A stretch of 64,000 bases of DNA from an uncultured candidate division Zixibacteria bacterium (GCA_963707365.1 CAVPPI010000001.1:39257-103256), one strand, 5' to 3'; numbered from the stretch's first letter, positions 38,392-48,894 are shown. The notes: generated from the sequence alone by a model not told the origin. A program made the numbers and translations.

Positions 38392-39077
38392 TCGAAGCCG
38401 GTAGCCGCGCTGTGGAGACCGACCCGATGGGTTGGTCACGATATCTGGGAGTGAAGGGGAGATTCGAGTGGAAAGACAACGATCTTACGGCGGCGCATCA
38501 AACGTTCGATACACTCTACACATTTTGCCATATCAATTCACTCTGGGGGCGGGCGATTGATGCCGCCAATATGCTGGCTATTGTCTCGCAGTCGGTCGAC
38601 GAACAGATCGAATGGAGTCGCCGCGGAATCGAGGCTGCCGAGACAGCAGGTGAGGAAAGTTGGTTGGGGCCGCTGTGGAACAATCTGGCCGCGACCTACT
38701 ACGATGAAAAGAAGTTTGATTCGGCTCTTGAAGCCTATTTGAAAGCTCGCGACTATCACTGGCGGTTCTCCGATGAACAGGGAAAACTCTTTGCCGATTA
38801 TCACGTCGGGATGACCTACCGGGCGCTGGGCGACATCACCAATGCCGTCAAATGGCTCCGTCCGGTGCTGGCCTGGGCAGAACGGTCGGAAAGTCATTCG
38901 GTCATAGGCCAGACCTGCGAAGACCTCGGTGAGATTGCTATTGCCACCGGTAGAGAATCCGAAGGCATCGAGCTGATGGAGCGTGCCCGCAATGAATACC
39001 GTAAGGCGGGATTCGACCAGTCGTGGCCGGAGGTCTGGGAGAATATCAACACACGGCTGCAGCAATTGGGCCGATGA
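38388..39077 (+). CDS. TPR repeat protein (C-terminal part or separate coupled gene)
   Basis: It has TPR-like repeats (WNNLAATYYDEKKFDSALEAYLKA, HVGMTYRALGDITNAVKWL). The only available start is TTG 38388. Confidence 0.6.
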   Translation: MIEAGSRAVETDPMGWSRYLGVKGRFEWKDNDLTAAHQTFDTLYTFCHINSLWGRAIDAANMLAIVSQSVDEQIEWSRRGIEAAETAGEESWLGPLWNNLAATYYDEKKFDSALEAYLKARDYHWRFSDEQGKLFADYHVGMTYRALGDITNAVKWLRPVLAWAERSESHSVIGQTCEDLGEIAIATGRESEGIELMERARNEYRKAGFDQSWPEVWENINTRLQQLGR

Positions 39078-39273
39078 CTTTTATCCTCACACAGCGCAGA
39101 ATGATATTGTCCGCATACGATGCGATCAATAGTCGGCAACTCCGCTGCATTTTATCTTAAAACGCATATCACGCGACAAATTAAATAAAAATCTAAGTTT
39201 TTGTTGAAACCCGACGATAAGTGTTGTAATTGTTTGTTACGCAGCGCTGAACTTCAAACTTAGGAGAGGTTTA

Positions 39274-40194
39274 ATGTCCAAATCAATCTTCACTATCGGC
39301 TTCATCTTTTTATCCCTGCTGTTGGCAGTAGGTTGCGGGGACGACACAGAGTGTCCCAACTGCCCGACCGATGTCGACACCGTTACAATCACTGAAACTC
39401 TAACCGATACCCTTACCGATACACTGGAGGTTCCTCAGGAATTTCTGGCGTGGGTTGATGCTCACATTCAGTTGGGTCCTGAGTTCTGTATCGAAGGGTA
39501 TGTTTATGCCAATGCCGGCGCGAATCCTTTTATTGATTCGTTGACGGTCGGTGACTCTGTCATCAGAGATATAGAAGCCGATTACTTTTGGCACGAAAGT
39601 GATCCTTACTTTAACATTGATGAATGCGAAGATGGAAGCGAACCGCAGTACGTGAGTGGAGATGTTGGCGTTGTGCGAATATACGGCAGCGGCCTGTCAT
39701 CGGAATGCCAATTAGTGTTGCTCGATTATTACGATGATTGGGCGGAGATAATAATTCCCGACGACGGAGACACTACCATCGATTACAACGGCGTGGGATT
39801 CACCTGCTACTGGACCCCTATAGAGCACGCCGAATGGTATGGAGTTGAGCTCAACTATCGTTTGGATTCTTCCGGCGTGCGGATTTATAGGGACATTTAT
39901 ACCTACACGTATGACACCAGCTACACCGTCGCCGACACGATCGATGGTTTCCGTGTGGACTATGTGTATCTGTACGCTCTGCCTACCACCGGTCCCGACC
40001 CCGAGACTGGTTTCAGCAACTGGACGGGAGAGCTTGCGACCGGTAAACTCTACAGCACCGGTGACTATGCCTGGGCGGACATTTATTTCGAAAATCCACC
40101 AACCGCTTTCAAGCTTCCCGCAGTCAGCGAGAAACGGGTCCCGGATAAGACGCCCAAGGAGATTATTAGAGCAGTCTACGAGGCATATAAGTAA
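39274..40194 (+). CDS. Hypothetical lipoprotein
   Basis: It has a good Shine-Dalgarno (TAGGAGAGG) and a signal peptide with lipobox LLAVG-C. I recognise no family. Confidence 0.65.
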   Translation: MSKSIFTIGFIFLSLLLAVGCGDDTECPNCPTDVDTVTITETLTDTLTDTLEVPQEFLAWVDAHIQLGPEFCIEGYVYANAGANPFIDSLTVGDSVIRDIEADYFWHESDPYFNIDECEDGSEPQYVSGDVGVVRIYGSGLSSECQLVLLDYYDDWAEIIIPDDGDTTIDYNGVGFTCYWTPIEHAEWYGVELNYRLDSSGVRIYRDIYTYTYDTSYTVADTIDGFRVDYVYLYALPTTGPDPETGFSNWTGELATGKLYSTGDYAWADIYFENPPTAFKLPAVSEKRVPDKTPKEIIRAVYEAYK

Positions 40195-40224
40195 GACTCA
40201 ACAAACTTCAGAGACGTAAATCAA

Positions 40225-40258
40225 AAGGCCGGGAGACGACTTCCGGCCTTTCTCTTTG
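40225..40258 (+). terminator. Rho-independent terminator
   Basis: The stem is AAGGCCGGGA/TTCCGGCCTT with one G-U pair and loop GACGAC, followed by TCTCTTTG. Confidence 0.65.
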
Positions 40259-40309
40259 CCCGGTTAAACTGTTTGACTTTAACCGTTAAAATCTTACCTT
40301 TCCGGCATA

Positions 40310-42061
40310 ATGAAGGCTAAAAATCAACATACCAAAATCGAAAAGCTGCTTTTAGAGGCAGCGAGAATGTTCAACTCCACTCTCGAATACGAGGAACTGG
40401 TGGAGATGGTGCTGAAACTGGTATCCACAGCCGTCAATTCCGAGGCTACCCTGCTGTTTCGCGTTGACCACAATCGCTCGGATATGAAAATGCGCTTTAT
40501 GAACTGTGTGACCGACTGCAAAATGAACATATTCCACTGGGAACTTGGCCAGGGCGTGGTTGGCTGGGTGGCGCAATACCGGGAGCCGGTGATTATCAAT
40601 GATGTCGTGAATGACCCGAGAGTCGATGAAAAATTTTGGGAAAGCACCGGGATGAAGCTGCGGTCGATGATGTCGGTGCCGCTGATCGGCAGGGGACAGA
40701 TGATTGGCGTAATTGAGGCGATGAACAAGATCGATGGTGAGTTCGAGGAATCGGATCTGGATGTTGTCATAGGTCTGGCCAATCAGATCGCTATCGCTAT
40801 CGACAATGCCAATCTCTACCGTCAGGCAAAAAGAGAAGCCCTCGAGAAAAATCTCCTGTACGAAATAGGCAAGAAACTGTCCGGTTCACTCAGTCTCGAC
40901 CAGGTTCTGGAAGAGATCATGCGTTCGCTCAAGCAGGCTATCGAATACACCAACGGCGGTGTCTTCGTAACCAACTCCGAAACAGGCGAGATAGATTCCA
41001 TCTTCACCGAGGGATACGATACCTGTACCATGGCCGACCTGCATCTGAAATACGGTAAGGGACTGGTGGGTCATGTGGCTACGACCGGCGAACCGGTGCT
41101 GGTGCCCGATGTTTCCAAGGACGAGCACTATGTCACTTTCGATCCGAATACGAAAAGCGAAATGGATGTGCCTATCAAGGTGAACGGACGGGTGATCGGC
41201 GTGCTGAATGTAGAATCGAATAAGCTCAATGCGTGGGGACCGGAGGATCAATCGCTACTTGTGACATTCGCTTCTCAGGCGGCTTTGTCTATCGAACGCG
41301 CCCGGTTGCACGAGCAGCTCATGTCGGGTAAGAAAATCGAGGAGCAGCTCAATATCGCCCGCGAGATTCAGCAGAGTTTTCTGCCCAAGGCAGACCTCAA
41401 GATAAAGGGTTATGACATCAGCGGCACGAATATACCGTCGGGTCAGGTTGGTGGCGATTACTACGATTTTATCCGGATCGTGGAACATCAGGTAGGTATC
41501 GCGATTGGCGATGTTTCCGGCAAAGGCATTCCCGCTTCACTTCTGATGGCGGCCTTTCGGGCTTCGCTCATAGCCGAGATTCGGAATAATTACTCCATCC
41601 GGACCATCTGCCGGAAAGTCAACGACTTGATGTATGAGTCTATGAAACCAGGTAATTTCGTGACGGCTGTCTACGGCGTGCTCGACGCCAAGAACCATAT
41701 TCTCACTTTCTCGAATTGCGGCCATAACCTGCCGGTGCTGCTTAGAAGCTCCGGTGAGGTGGAGTACCTGCGCGAGGGTGGACCGGTGTTCGGTGTTACG
41801 ACGGCTGCTGAATACGAAGAACGCCCGATTTATATCGGCAAGGGAGATATAGTGGTGCTGTACACCGATGGTGTCGTTGAGGTTTTCGACGATAACGATC
41901 AGGAGTTCGGTCTGGATCGACTGATAGCGATTATCAAAGAGAACAGCGACAAAACCTCGGCGGAAATTGAAAATGCCGTTTACAAGGCGGTCAACAGCTT
42001 TGCCTCAGCCAAACACTTTTTCGATGACTTCACGATGATCGTTCTCAAGCGTATGGAGTAG
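40310..42061 (+). CDS. GAF-GAF-PP2C (SpoIIE/RsbU-type) serine phosphatase
   Basis: It has two GAF domains (GVVGWVAQYREPVIINDV and GLVGHVATTGEPVLVPDV) and a C-terminal PP2C domain (GGDYYDF, GDVSGKG, LYTDGVVE, DDFTMIVLK). Confidence 0.88.
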   Translation: MKAKNQHTKIEKLLLEAARMFNSTLEYEELVEMVLKLVSTAVNSEATLLFRVDHNRSDMKMRFMNCVTDCKMNIFHWELGQGVVGWVAQYREPVIINDVVNDPRVDEKFWESTGMKLRSMMSVPLIGRGQMIGVIEAMNKIDGEFEESDLDVVIGLANQIAIAIDNANLYRQAKREALEKNLLYEIGKKLSGSLSLDQVLEEIMRSLKQAIEYTNGGVFVTNSETGEIDSIFTEGYDTCTMADLHLKYGKGLVGHVATTGEPVLVPDVSKDEHYVTFDPNTKSEMDVPIKVNGRVIGVLNVESNKLNAWGPEDQSLLVTFASQAALSIERARLHEQLMSGKKIEEQLNIAREIQQSFLPKADLKIKGYDISGTNIPSGQVGGDYYDFIRIVEHQVGIAIGDVSGKGIPASLLMAAFRASLIAEIRNNYSIRTICRKVNDLMYESMKPGNFVTAVYGVLDAKNHILTFSNCGHNLPVLLRSSGEVEYLREGGPVFGVTTAAEYEERPIYIGKGDIVVLYTDGVVEVFDDNDQEFGLDRLIAIIKENSDKTSAEIENAVYKAVNSFASAKHFFDDFTMIVLKRME

Positions 42062-42140
42062 CGCACTCTTACTATCCACGCAGATCTCGAATATATATTC
42101 ATCGATTGTATACCGGTGGCGGGGTGCGTCAACGCGAGAG

Positions 42141-43193
42141 TCACTTTGTCATCGTGAGCGGCAGGGGAACGTCAAGCGGCTGGAAATAGTACCACTGCTC
42201 GTTGCTGCCGGCGAGTGGTTTCTGATGAACTGCCAGCAAGCCGCTTTGTGCACTGAAGTAGAATTCCCAGAACGAACCGGTGTATGTTTCCTGCCAGCTA
42301 CCCAGCGCCTCAAACTGACCACACCATACTTTCAGCAGGCCTTCATAGGTGATATCATCAATCTGCAGACTCTGATTCAGCGAAATTCGCCTTATGAAGT
42401 TAGGTCCATCGGCGCCCGCTCCCAGAAAAACACGGTCGGTGTCACTGATGACAGTGTCGGCAGGAAAAAGCTCCACTATCAATTGGGAAGTAAGGTATAC
42501 GAAGTTAAAGTGAAGCGAAGTGTCACTGAGAAAGAACTCGCCGTAAGGTATTGTCTGGGTACACACCGGGCATCCGGTGCCTGATAGATCGGGGTAATAG
42601 ACGATCCCTGAATCTGAGGTATAAGTGAGGGTGGTGTCGGTTGACATGTACCGCCAGTAAGTAGTGGTATGGGTTTCGTCTATGAGAATGGGCCGGACAA
42701 AGTTGCACTCGTAGCTCAGAGTGTCATCGTAGCGGCCGTTGCTGTTGGCATCGAAGAACGGCACCGGGAACTCACCGCTCAGTGACGAGAAATACGTTTC
42801 CTGTCGGCAAACGCCGTCACCATCGATATCATCAAAAGGAAAGCCCGGTTCCCAGGGCTCATCCGGTCCGTTATAGCGGCCATCGTGATTGAGATCCTGA
42901 TTGGTATCGCAATCGGCACACATTATGAAAATGTCCGTGCCGGGATCGTAGACGCCGTTGCCGTTGATATCGGTGAACGGTTCACCGAAATTCTGTTCCC
43001 ACCAGAGGTATATCTCGGAGTATTCGTTTTCCAGACCATAGTCGGACTTGAGAATATAATACTGCGAGGTATCAAACTGAACAAACTGAGTTAGTTCGAC
43101 CGATGGTCTGGTCGGCTCGACGGCATACTCATCGCAGCCGAAGGTCGCCAGCAGCGCCGATAGAGCCAGCAATGAAACGAATATGTAGCGCAT
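42141..43193 (-). CDS. Hypothetical lipoprotein with repeated Dx[DN]x[DN]G calcium-binding-type loops
   Basis: It has a signal peptide ending in FG-C. The loops are DINGNGVYD, DLNHDGRYN, DIDGDGVCR and DANSNGRYD. Confidence 0.6.
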   Translation of the reverse strand: MRYIFVSLLALSALLATFGCDEYAVEPTRPSVELTQFVQFDTSQYYILKSDYGLENEYSEIYLWWEQNFGEPFTDINGNGVYDPGTDIFIMCADCDTNQDLNHDGRYNGPDEPWEPGFPFDDIDGDGVCRQETYFSSLSGEFPVPFFDANSNGRYDDTLSYECNFVRPILIDETHTTTYWRYMSTDTTLTYTSDSGIVYYPDLSGTGCPVCTQTIPYGEFFLSDTSLHFNFVYLTSQLIVELFPADTVISDTDRVFLGAGADGPNFIRRISLNQSLQIDDITYEGLLKVWCGQFEALGSWQETYTGSFWEFYFSAQSGLLAVHQKPLAGSNEQWYYFQPLDVPLPLTMTK

Positions 43194-43258
43194 CGGAATC
43201 CAAGCCCCTTCATTGATCGCCGGGAAATTCCCGCTGCAAGAAATACGAAAAGATTCGC

Positions 43259-44263
43259 TTATTTCTTAAGTACCATGCGGTAGCGTGCCTTTCCCTGGCG
43301 GGTCCTATCGACAGCTTTGTTAACATCAGCCATCGGTACGACCTCGGTCTTAGCCCGAATGTCGTGGCGGGCTGCCAGTTGAAGCATCTCGCGAATAGCC
43401 ATCCTTCCGCCGATAGGACTGCCGACGACCGACTTTTGCTGCAGGATCAGGCTGAACGCCGGGATGACCATCGGGTTGGTCACGGCTCCAACGATACAAA
43501 GCTTGCCCTTGGGTTTGAGCACGTTCAGAACGGCCGGCCAATCCAGATCGACATGGACGGTTGATATGATGAAATCAAGTGTACCGGCAGCCTTTTCAAA
43601 GGCGTCTTTCTCGGATGTAGGCACGAAGTAATGCGCGCCGAAACCTTTGGCTTCTTCTTCTTTGTCGGGCGACGATGAGAAGGCGGTGACTTTACATCCG
43701 ATAGCATTGGCAAACTGCAGAGCCAGATGTCCCAAACCGCCGATACCAATTACGCCGACTTTCTGGTGGGGCCTGACATTGAACTCGCGAAGAGGATTAT
43801 ATACAGTGATACCGCCACACAAAAGAGGAGCGGCATTTTCCGATGACAGGGCTTCGGGGATGAAAAAAGCGAAGCGGCTGTCGACACGGATTGACTCGGC
43901 AAAGCCACCATGGTTACCCATGCATGTCGCCTTTATCTCCGGGCACAGGTTGTGGTCACCGCTGATACACAGGTCGCAGTGCCAGCAGGCGCCGCATTGC
44001 CAGCCAACACCGACCCTCTGACCGACTTTGAATTTCTTCACACCGACACCGATATCGGTTACGGTGCCGACAATTTCATGTCCCGGAACAAGCGGATATT
44101 CGCTGATCTGCCAATCATTGTCGATAAGGTGAACATCGCTATGGCATATGCCGCAGTGAGTGATGTCAATGTCGATATCGAAGGGAGCGAGGGGCATAGG
44201 CTCATATTGGAATTTCTCAAGTTGTCCTTTTGCCTTCATCGCAGCATAACATTTTATAGCCAT
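43259..44263 (-). CDS. Zn-dependent NAD(P) alcohol dehydrogenase (YahK/cinnamyl-ADH-like)
   Basis: Recognisable motifs are GICHSDVH, GHEIVG, the structural-zinc Cys cluster CGACWHCDLC, and GIGGLGH. Confidence 0.88.
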   Translation of the reverse strand: MAIKCYAAMKAKGQLEKFQYEPMPLAPFDIDIDITHCGICHSDVHLIDNDWQISEYPLVPGHEIVGTVTDIGVGVKKFKVGQRVGVGWQCGACWHCDLCISGDHNLCPEIKATCMGNHGGFAESIRVDSRFAFFIPEALSSENAAPLLCGGITVYNPLREFNVRPHQKVGVIGIGGLGHLALQFANAIGCKVTAFSSSPDKEEEAKGFGAHYFVPTSEKDAFEKAAGTLDFIISTVHVDLDWPAVLNVLKPKGKLCIVGAVTNPMVIPAFSLILQQKSVVGSPIGGRMAIREMLQLAARHDIRAKTEVVPMADVNKAVDRTRQGKARYRMVLKK

Positions 44264-44413
44264 GGGAAGCTCCTTATTTATGTCCGGGTTAAAAAAGTCC
44301 TTCTGCTTCTATAAACGAGTATATCGTCAATAAGTGCTATTATTTTTGGATTAGATCGTAAATTTGGCCTCGGTCCGGCGTTAACATGGAGAAAGAGGAC
44401 AGAACGGGGGAGA

Positions 44414-45052
44414 TTAGAAGATATTCGCCTTTATCAGGGCGCGGTGAAATTTGCTTTGCTTCTGGTGAACAAAGGGGATACCGAGGGAGTGAAAGAGTTT
44501 ACGAAGGGTGTCCTCGATAACATCGAGGTTCCGGGTATCCTTTAATTCCAACTCCAGTTCATAGTCGACCGAGCCATCGTTGTATTCGGTTTTGTCTATC
44601 TCCAACAAGTAATTGAAATCGGCAATCTTAAAGACTTTTTTCTGGCGGACATTTTCAAACAGTACCAATCTGGTCAAATCCCGCTTGCCTAATTTTTGTT
44701 TCACAAAATCTATGGGGATGTTGCTGACTGAGAGTACATCTTTAGCCAGACTGATCACGTCTAAGGCCTGACCGCGTGGGATTTCGGCTTCAATCTCCTG
44801 CCGAATAACCGCGATACCCTCTTCAGCCGGGATGCTTTTCACCGTGACCAGGCCACGGCTGTTTTCAGCCCGCACCCTGAGCGCCCAGCCTTTTTTGGAT
44901 AGCTGGCGGTCCTCGGAATCGAAAAAGGCGTTTACGTGTCGCTCTTCCTTCTCTATTTGCCCCAGGAATCCGACGAGTTTGAGGTAGTTGGTGAATGAGG
45001 CAAGGTCGAGCTTGATTTCGATTTCCCGATTTAGGTCGCTCGCGTCATCCAT
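44414..45052 (-). CDS. CYTH-domain protein (triphosphate tunnel metalloenzyme / class IV adenylate cyclase-like)
   Basis: It has the N-terminal ExExK signature (EIEIKLDL) and is about 210 aa. Confidence 0.7.
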   Translation of the reverse strand: MDDASDLNREIEIKLDLASFTNYLKLVGFLGQIEKEERHVNAFFDSEDRQLSKKGWALRVRAENSRGLVTVKSIPAEEGIAVIRQEIEAEIPRGQALDVISLAKDVLSVSNIPIDFVKQKLGKRDLTRLVLFENVRQKKVFKIADFNYLLEIDKTEYNDGSVDYELELELKDTRNLDVIEDTLRKLFHSLGIPFVHQKQSKFHRALIKANIF

Positions 45053-45153
45053 AGCAAACTCAATATAACCAAAATGTGGCGACGCAACACAATAAATTTC
45101 GGTATTTTGACCGGATACGGCAGATCTGACTATATCAGTCAGGGACAGACATA

Positions 45154-45188
45154 TACAAAAAAAGGCCGGAAGTTTGTATCTTCCGGCC
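45154..45188 (-). terminator. Rho-independent terminator after rng
   Basis: The minus strand reads GGCCGGAAG-ATACAAA-CTTCCGGCC followed by TTTTTTTG. Confidence 0.8.
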
Positions 45189-45212
45189 GTATTTTGCTTC
45201 GTTTCTCCAGTA

Positions 45213-46748
45213 TCAGACTTTGTATTTGTCGGTGATATCCTCGTTGGTTTCAGCGCTGTAAACCCTGAATTCCTGCGTCTGGATAGTGGTATCCCGTATG
45301 ACGTTGATCTGGAAACTGAGCAATTTCATCAACTGGGCGACCCGGTTGGTGCCGTTGTCGGCGAAGGATTCCGCCAGATGCGGGCTGATGGCCAGGTTGA
45401 ACTTCTTGAACTTCCTGTCAGCCCGGGCACGGGTGAACCAACGCTCGATTTTCGTGGACATGGTTTCGCGCGAGAGCACCCGTCCAAGACCGGAACAGTA
45501 AGGACACGGTTCGGAAACCGCATGCAGATGCGATGGTCTGACCCGCTCGCGTGTCATTTCCACGATACCGAACTCGGTAACCGGGTTGATAGCTCTTTTG
45601 GCGCGGTCATGCTCGAAGCATCTTTTGTACTCCTCGTATAGCTTGCGCCGGTTGTCGCGGTTGTACATGTCGATAAAGTCAACGATTATCAGACCGCCAA
45701 TGTCGCGCAGACGAATTTGCCTCGCTATTTCGCGCGCCGCCAGAACGTTGGTCTGGTAGATCGTCGTTTCCTGGTCGGTGCTGCCCACAAACCGTCCCGT
45801 GTTAACATCGATCGTGACCATAGCTTCGGTCTGGTCGATCACCAGGTAGGCGCCTTTTTTGATCCAGACTTTTCGCTCCAGCATTTTCTCGATTTCCGGC
45901 TCCAGATCATAGAGGTCGAAAAGCGGATGGTCCCCTTTGTATAATTCGACCCGGCTTTTAAGTTCAGGGGCAACCTGACGGGCAAAAGAGACGACCTTTT
46001 TGTAATCAGCTTTATTGTCCACTAATATCCGTTCGACATCATCGGTGAAGACGTCACGAATCATGGATACTACCATTTCAGCTTCTTTGTGTATCAGCGC
46101 CGGAGCTTTGGACTGGTCGCCTTTCTTTTTGAGCTTTGACCAGAGTTTCAGAAGGCGTTTGACATCGGAGCGAAAATCGCTATCCGATTTTCCTTCCGCC
46201 TCGGTTCGCGCTATCAGCCCGAAACCTTCCGGTCTCAACGGAGCCAGGGCTTTTCTCAGCCGCTTTTTCTCCGCCCAGCTCGAGATTCTCTTGGATACCC
46301 GGATATGGTCATCATCAGGCACAAGCACCACGAACCGTCCGGGAATAGAGATATCGGTGGAGATACGCGGTCCTTTGGTGGAAATAGGCTCTTTGATGAC
46401 CTGAACGAGTATTTCCTGGTTCTTTTTCAGGACCGTTTCGATTCCCTGGCGACGTCTTTTCTTAACGATTTCCGCCGGAGCTTCTTCGTCATCGTCTTCC
46501 GAATCGAATCTTCTTCCGTAGTCGGTGCCGATATCCGAGGAGTGCAGGTAGGCGGCTTTAGGCATGCCGATATCTATAAAGGCAGCCTGCATGCCCGGCA
46601 GCACGGTTTTGATAACGCCTTTGTAGATGTCGCCAACCATGCGGTCGTTGTCGGCGCGTTCCACCTGCAGTTCGACCAGCTTGTCATCTTCGAGCATAGC
46701 CACGCGTTTTTCGTAGTCAGTTGAGTTAATCAGGATTTCTTTTTTCAT
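45213..46748 (-). CDS. rng: Ribonuclease G/E family endoribonuclease
   Basis: It has an S1 domain (GDIYKGVIKTVLPGMQAAFIDIG) and the catalytic core (GGLIIVDFIDM). At 511 aa it lacks an RNase E scaffold. Confidence 0.88.
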   Translation of the reverse strand: MKKEILINSTDYEKRVAMLEDDKLVELQVERADNDRMVGDIYKGVIKTVLPGMQAAFIDIGMPKAAYLHSSDIGTDYGRRFDSEDDDEEAPAEIVKKRRRQGIETVLKKNQEILVQVIKEPISTKGPRISTDISIPGRFVVLVPDDDHIRVSKRISSWAEKKRLRKALAPLRPEGFGLIARTEAEGKSDSDFRSDVKRLLKLWSKLKKKGDQSKAPALIHKEAEMVVSMIRDVFTDDVERILVDNKADYKKVVSFARQVAPELKSRVELYKGDHPLFDLYDLEPEIEKMLERKVWIKKGAYLVIDQTEAMVTIDVNTGRFVGSTDQETTIYQTNVLAAREIARQIRLRDIGGLIIVDFIDMYNRDNRRKLYEEYKRCFEHDRAKRAINPVTEFGIVEMTRERVRPSHLHAVSEPCPYCSGLGRVLSRETMSTKIERWFTRARADRKFKKFNLAISPHLAESFADNGTNRVAQLMKLLSFQINVIRDTTIQTQEFRVYSAETNEDITDKYKV

Positions 46749-47704
46749 TTAACTGTCTCACCCCCCTTCGATAAATCCCCTAAAATTTCCCCGATTTGAG
46801 GTTTGAATCCGTTTATGAACGATGATCCGTCCATGTTCTTTTTTCCTTCCGGAATGACGCCGGTCAGTTCAATGGCCGAGTCGGCGCATTGTACCAGCAA
46901 ATCTTTTTTGTTGTGAATAATGGTGCCCGGTCTTGTTTGGCGGTCACCTTTTTTGTCGGCCAATTTACAGGCCAGAATTTTCAATTTCTTATCTCTAAAA
47001 TATGTATATGCCCCCGGCCGGGTTGACAGCCCCCTAACGAAGTTTCTCACATTATCGGCCGGAAAGCCAAAATCTATCAGGGCGTCGAACGGGCTGATTT
47101 TCGGCGCGCTGGTGGCATTTTCGCCCTGCTGGGGCAGGGGAGAGGCCTTTCCCTGCTCGATCAGGTCGATAGTCTTCAGAGCAAAAGGTCCGGCAAGGTC
47201 GGCCAGACGAGCGTAAAGCGAATCAAAATTATCGTCATCGTCGATAGACGCTTTCTCCTGAAAAATAACATCACCGGTATCGACCGTCTTCTTCAGGTAA
47301 AAACTGCTCAGACCGGTTTCCTTTTCCCCGTTTATCAAGGCCCAGTTTATGGGCGCAGCTCCTCTGTATTTGGGCAGAAGGGAGGCATGGATATTCACCG
47401 AACCGTGTCTGGGGAGCTTAAACAGGGCAGGCGGAAGTATCCTGAAGGCGATTACGAGAAACAAATCGGGGCGGTATGCCTCGAGAGTTTGACGAAGCTC
47501 GTCGCTTTTCAGCGTGGCCGGCTTGAGAACATCATAGCCTAAGCTTGCCGCTTTTTGGGCAACCTCGGTTGGCGTGAGCTTTTTGCCTCTTCCGGCCGGT
47601 TTATCCGGCCCGGTAACCACTGCCAGAACCTCATGCTTGCTGGCGTGAAGGTGCTCCAGGGTCGGGCAGGCGAAAGCAGGCGTACCCATATACACAATTT
47701 TCAT
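46745..47704 (-). CDS. fmt: Methionyl-tRNA formyltransferase
   Basis: Recognisable motifs are MKIVYMGTPAFA and SVNIHASLLPKYRGAAPINWALINGE. Confidence 0.92.
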   Translation of the reverse strand: MKIVYMGTPAFACPTLEHLHASKHEVLAVVTGPDKPAGRGKKLTPTEVAQKAASLGYDVLKPATLKSDELRQTLEAYRPDLFLVIAFRILPPALFKLPRHGSVNIHASLLPKYRGAAPINWALINGEKETGLSSFYLKKTVDTGDVIFQEKASIDDDDNFDSLYARLADLAGPFALKTIDLIEQGKASPLPQQGENATSAPKISPFDALIDFGFPADNVRNFVRGLSTRPGAYTYFRDKKLKILACKLADKKGDRQTRPGTIIHNKKDLLVQCADSAIELTGVIPEGKKNMDGSSFINGFKPQIGEILGDLSKGGETVK

Positions 47705-47774
47705 GTACGATTTTACCGTGACAGAACACGAATGTTCGTGTGGCTAATGCAGGAGGAAATAACGGGTTTTCAGG

Positions 47775-48281
47775 CTACGACGCTATCGACAGTTTTTTGA
47801 GCCGGCCTCTTAGCATGGTTTTTGCCAGCGGAGACAGGTGATCAATAAACAATCTTGCCTCAAGGTGGTCGAATTCATGCTGAATGGCTCGCGCTGCCAG
47901 TCCATCGGCTTCAAGCTCAAATAGCGTTCCGTCCAAATCCTGAGCTCTCACTGTGACTTTGGCAGGACGGGTAATTTTTTGATATATCCCCGGAAACGAA
48001 AGGCAGCCCTCTTCGTACTCTGATTCGCCACTGGTCTCAATAATTTCCGGGTTAATAAAAACCTGTAATTTGGCTGTAATATCTACAGCCGATAAATCGA
48101 CAATGAAAACACGCTTCAAAACGCCGATCTGGACCGCCGAAAGCCCTAAACCCCGGGCTCTCCTGAGGGTGTCTATCAAATCCGACACCAAATCTTTTAT
48201 TTCCTGGTTGATTTCCTCAACCCTCTGCGAGACTTCTCGCAGCACAGGGTCGCCGTATATGACGATCCGCTGTTCAGCCAC
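47775..48281 (-). CDS. def: Peptide deformylase
   Basis: It carries the GLGLSAVQIG, EGCLSFPG and QHEFDHL motifs. Confidence 0.93.
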   Translation of the reverse strand: MAEQRIVIYGDPVLREVSQRVEEINQEIKDLVSDLIDTLRRARGLGLSAVQIGVLKRVFIVDLSAVDITAKLQVFINPEIIETSGESEYEEGCLSFPGIYQKITRPAKVTVRAQDLDGTLFELEADGLAARAIQHEFDHLEARLFIDHLSPLAKTMLRGRLKKLSIAS

Positions 48282-48295
48282 GGTAACTCCTAAAA

Positions 48296-48613
48296 CTATT
48301 TATCCACCCGCGCGGCTATTGAGGACTTCAGAAACTCCAACTTAACATTTTCGCCGATTTTCAAGACAACCCGATTATTGTCGTCATCGATGGCAAAAAT
48401 AGTCCCAAACATGCCGCCGCTGGTTACCACTTTGTCGCCTTTTTTCAGGCTCGTTAACAGTTGTTCATGCTCTTTCTGCTTTTTTCGCTGGGGACGAATC
48501 AAGAGCAGGTACATAACTACAAAAATTAAGGCAAAAAACCCCAGTTGAACGAGTCCGGCGCCTTCGCCTCCCTGGCCGCCACCCGCCATCAAAATCGGTA
48601 AGGTAAATAACAA
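48296..48613 (-). CDS. yajC: Preprotein translocase subunit YajC
   Basis: It has a single TM helix and the motifs IRPQRKKQKEHEQLLTSLKKGDKVVTSGGMFGTI. Confidence 0.88.
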   Translation of the reverse strand: MLFTLPILMAGGGQGGEGAGLVQLGFFALIFVVMYLLLIRPQRKKQKEHEQLLTSLKKGDKVVTSGGMFGTIFAIDDDNNRVVLKIGENVKLEFLKSSIAARVDK

Positions 48614-48894
48614 ACCAACTCCTTATAACTTATCGTAAAACAGGCTCACCGATTTTAGACCAGACTACCAAAATTGGCCGATTGCGGTGAACACAAACTT
48701 CATTGGTCAAACCCTAATTGCCTGATAATATAGGCCTTACACAAAAAACTTCCAAGTTTTTTATTCAATCACTAAAACAGGCAAAAAGGCACCGTGTTCC
48801 CGCACTAATGCAACTGCTTTTGTCGTCTTTTGGCATCAGGCGGCAGTGACAATAACCATGTAAATCAACAAGTTAGCATAATCAGGCAAGAGAA

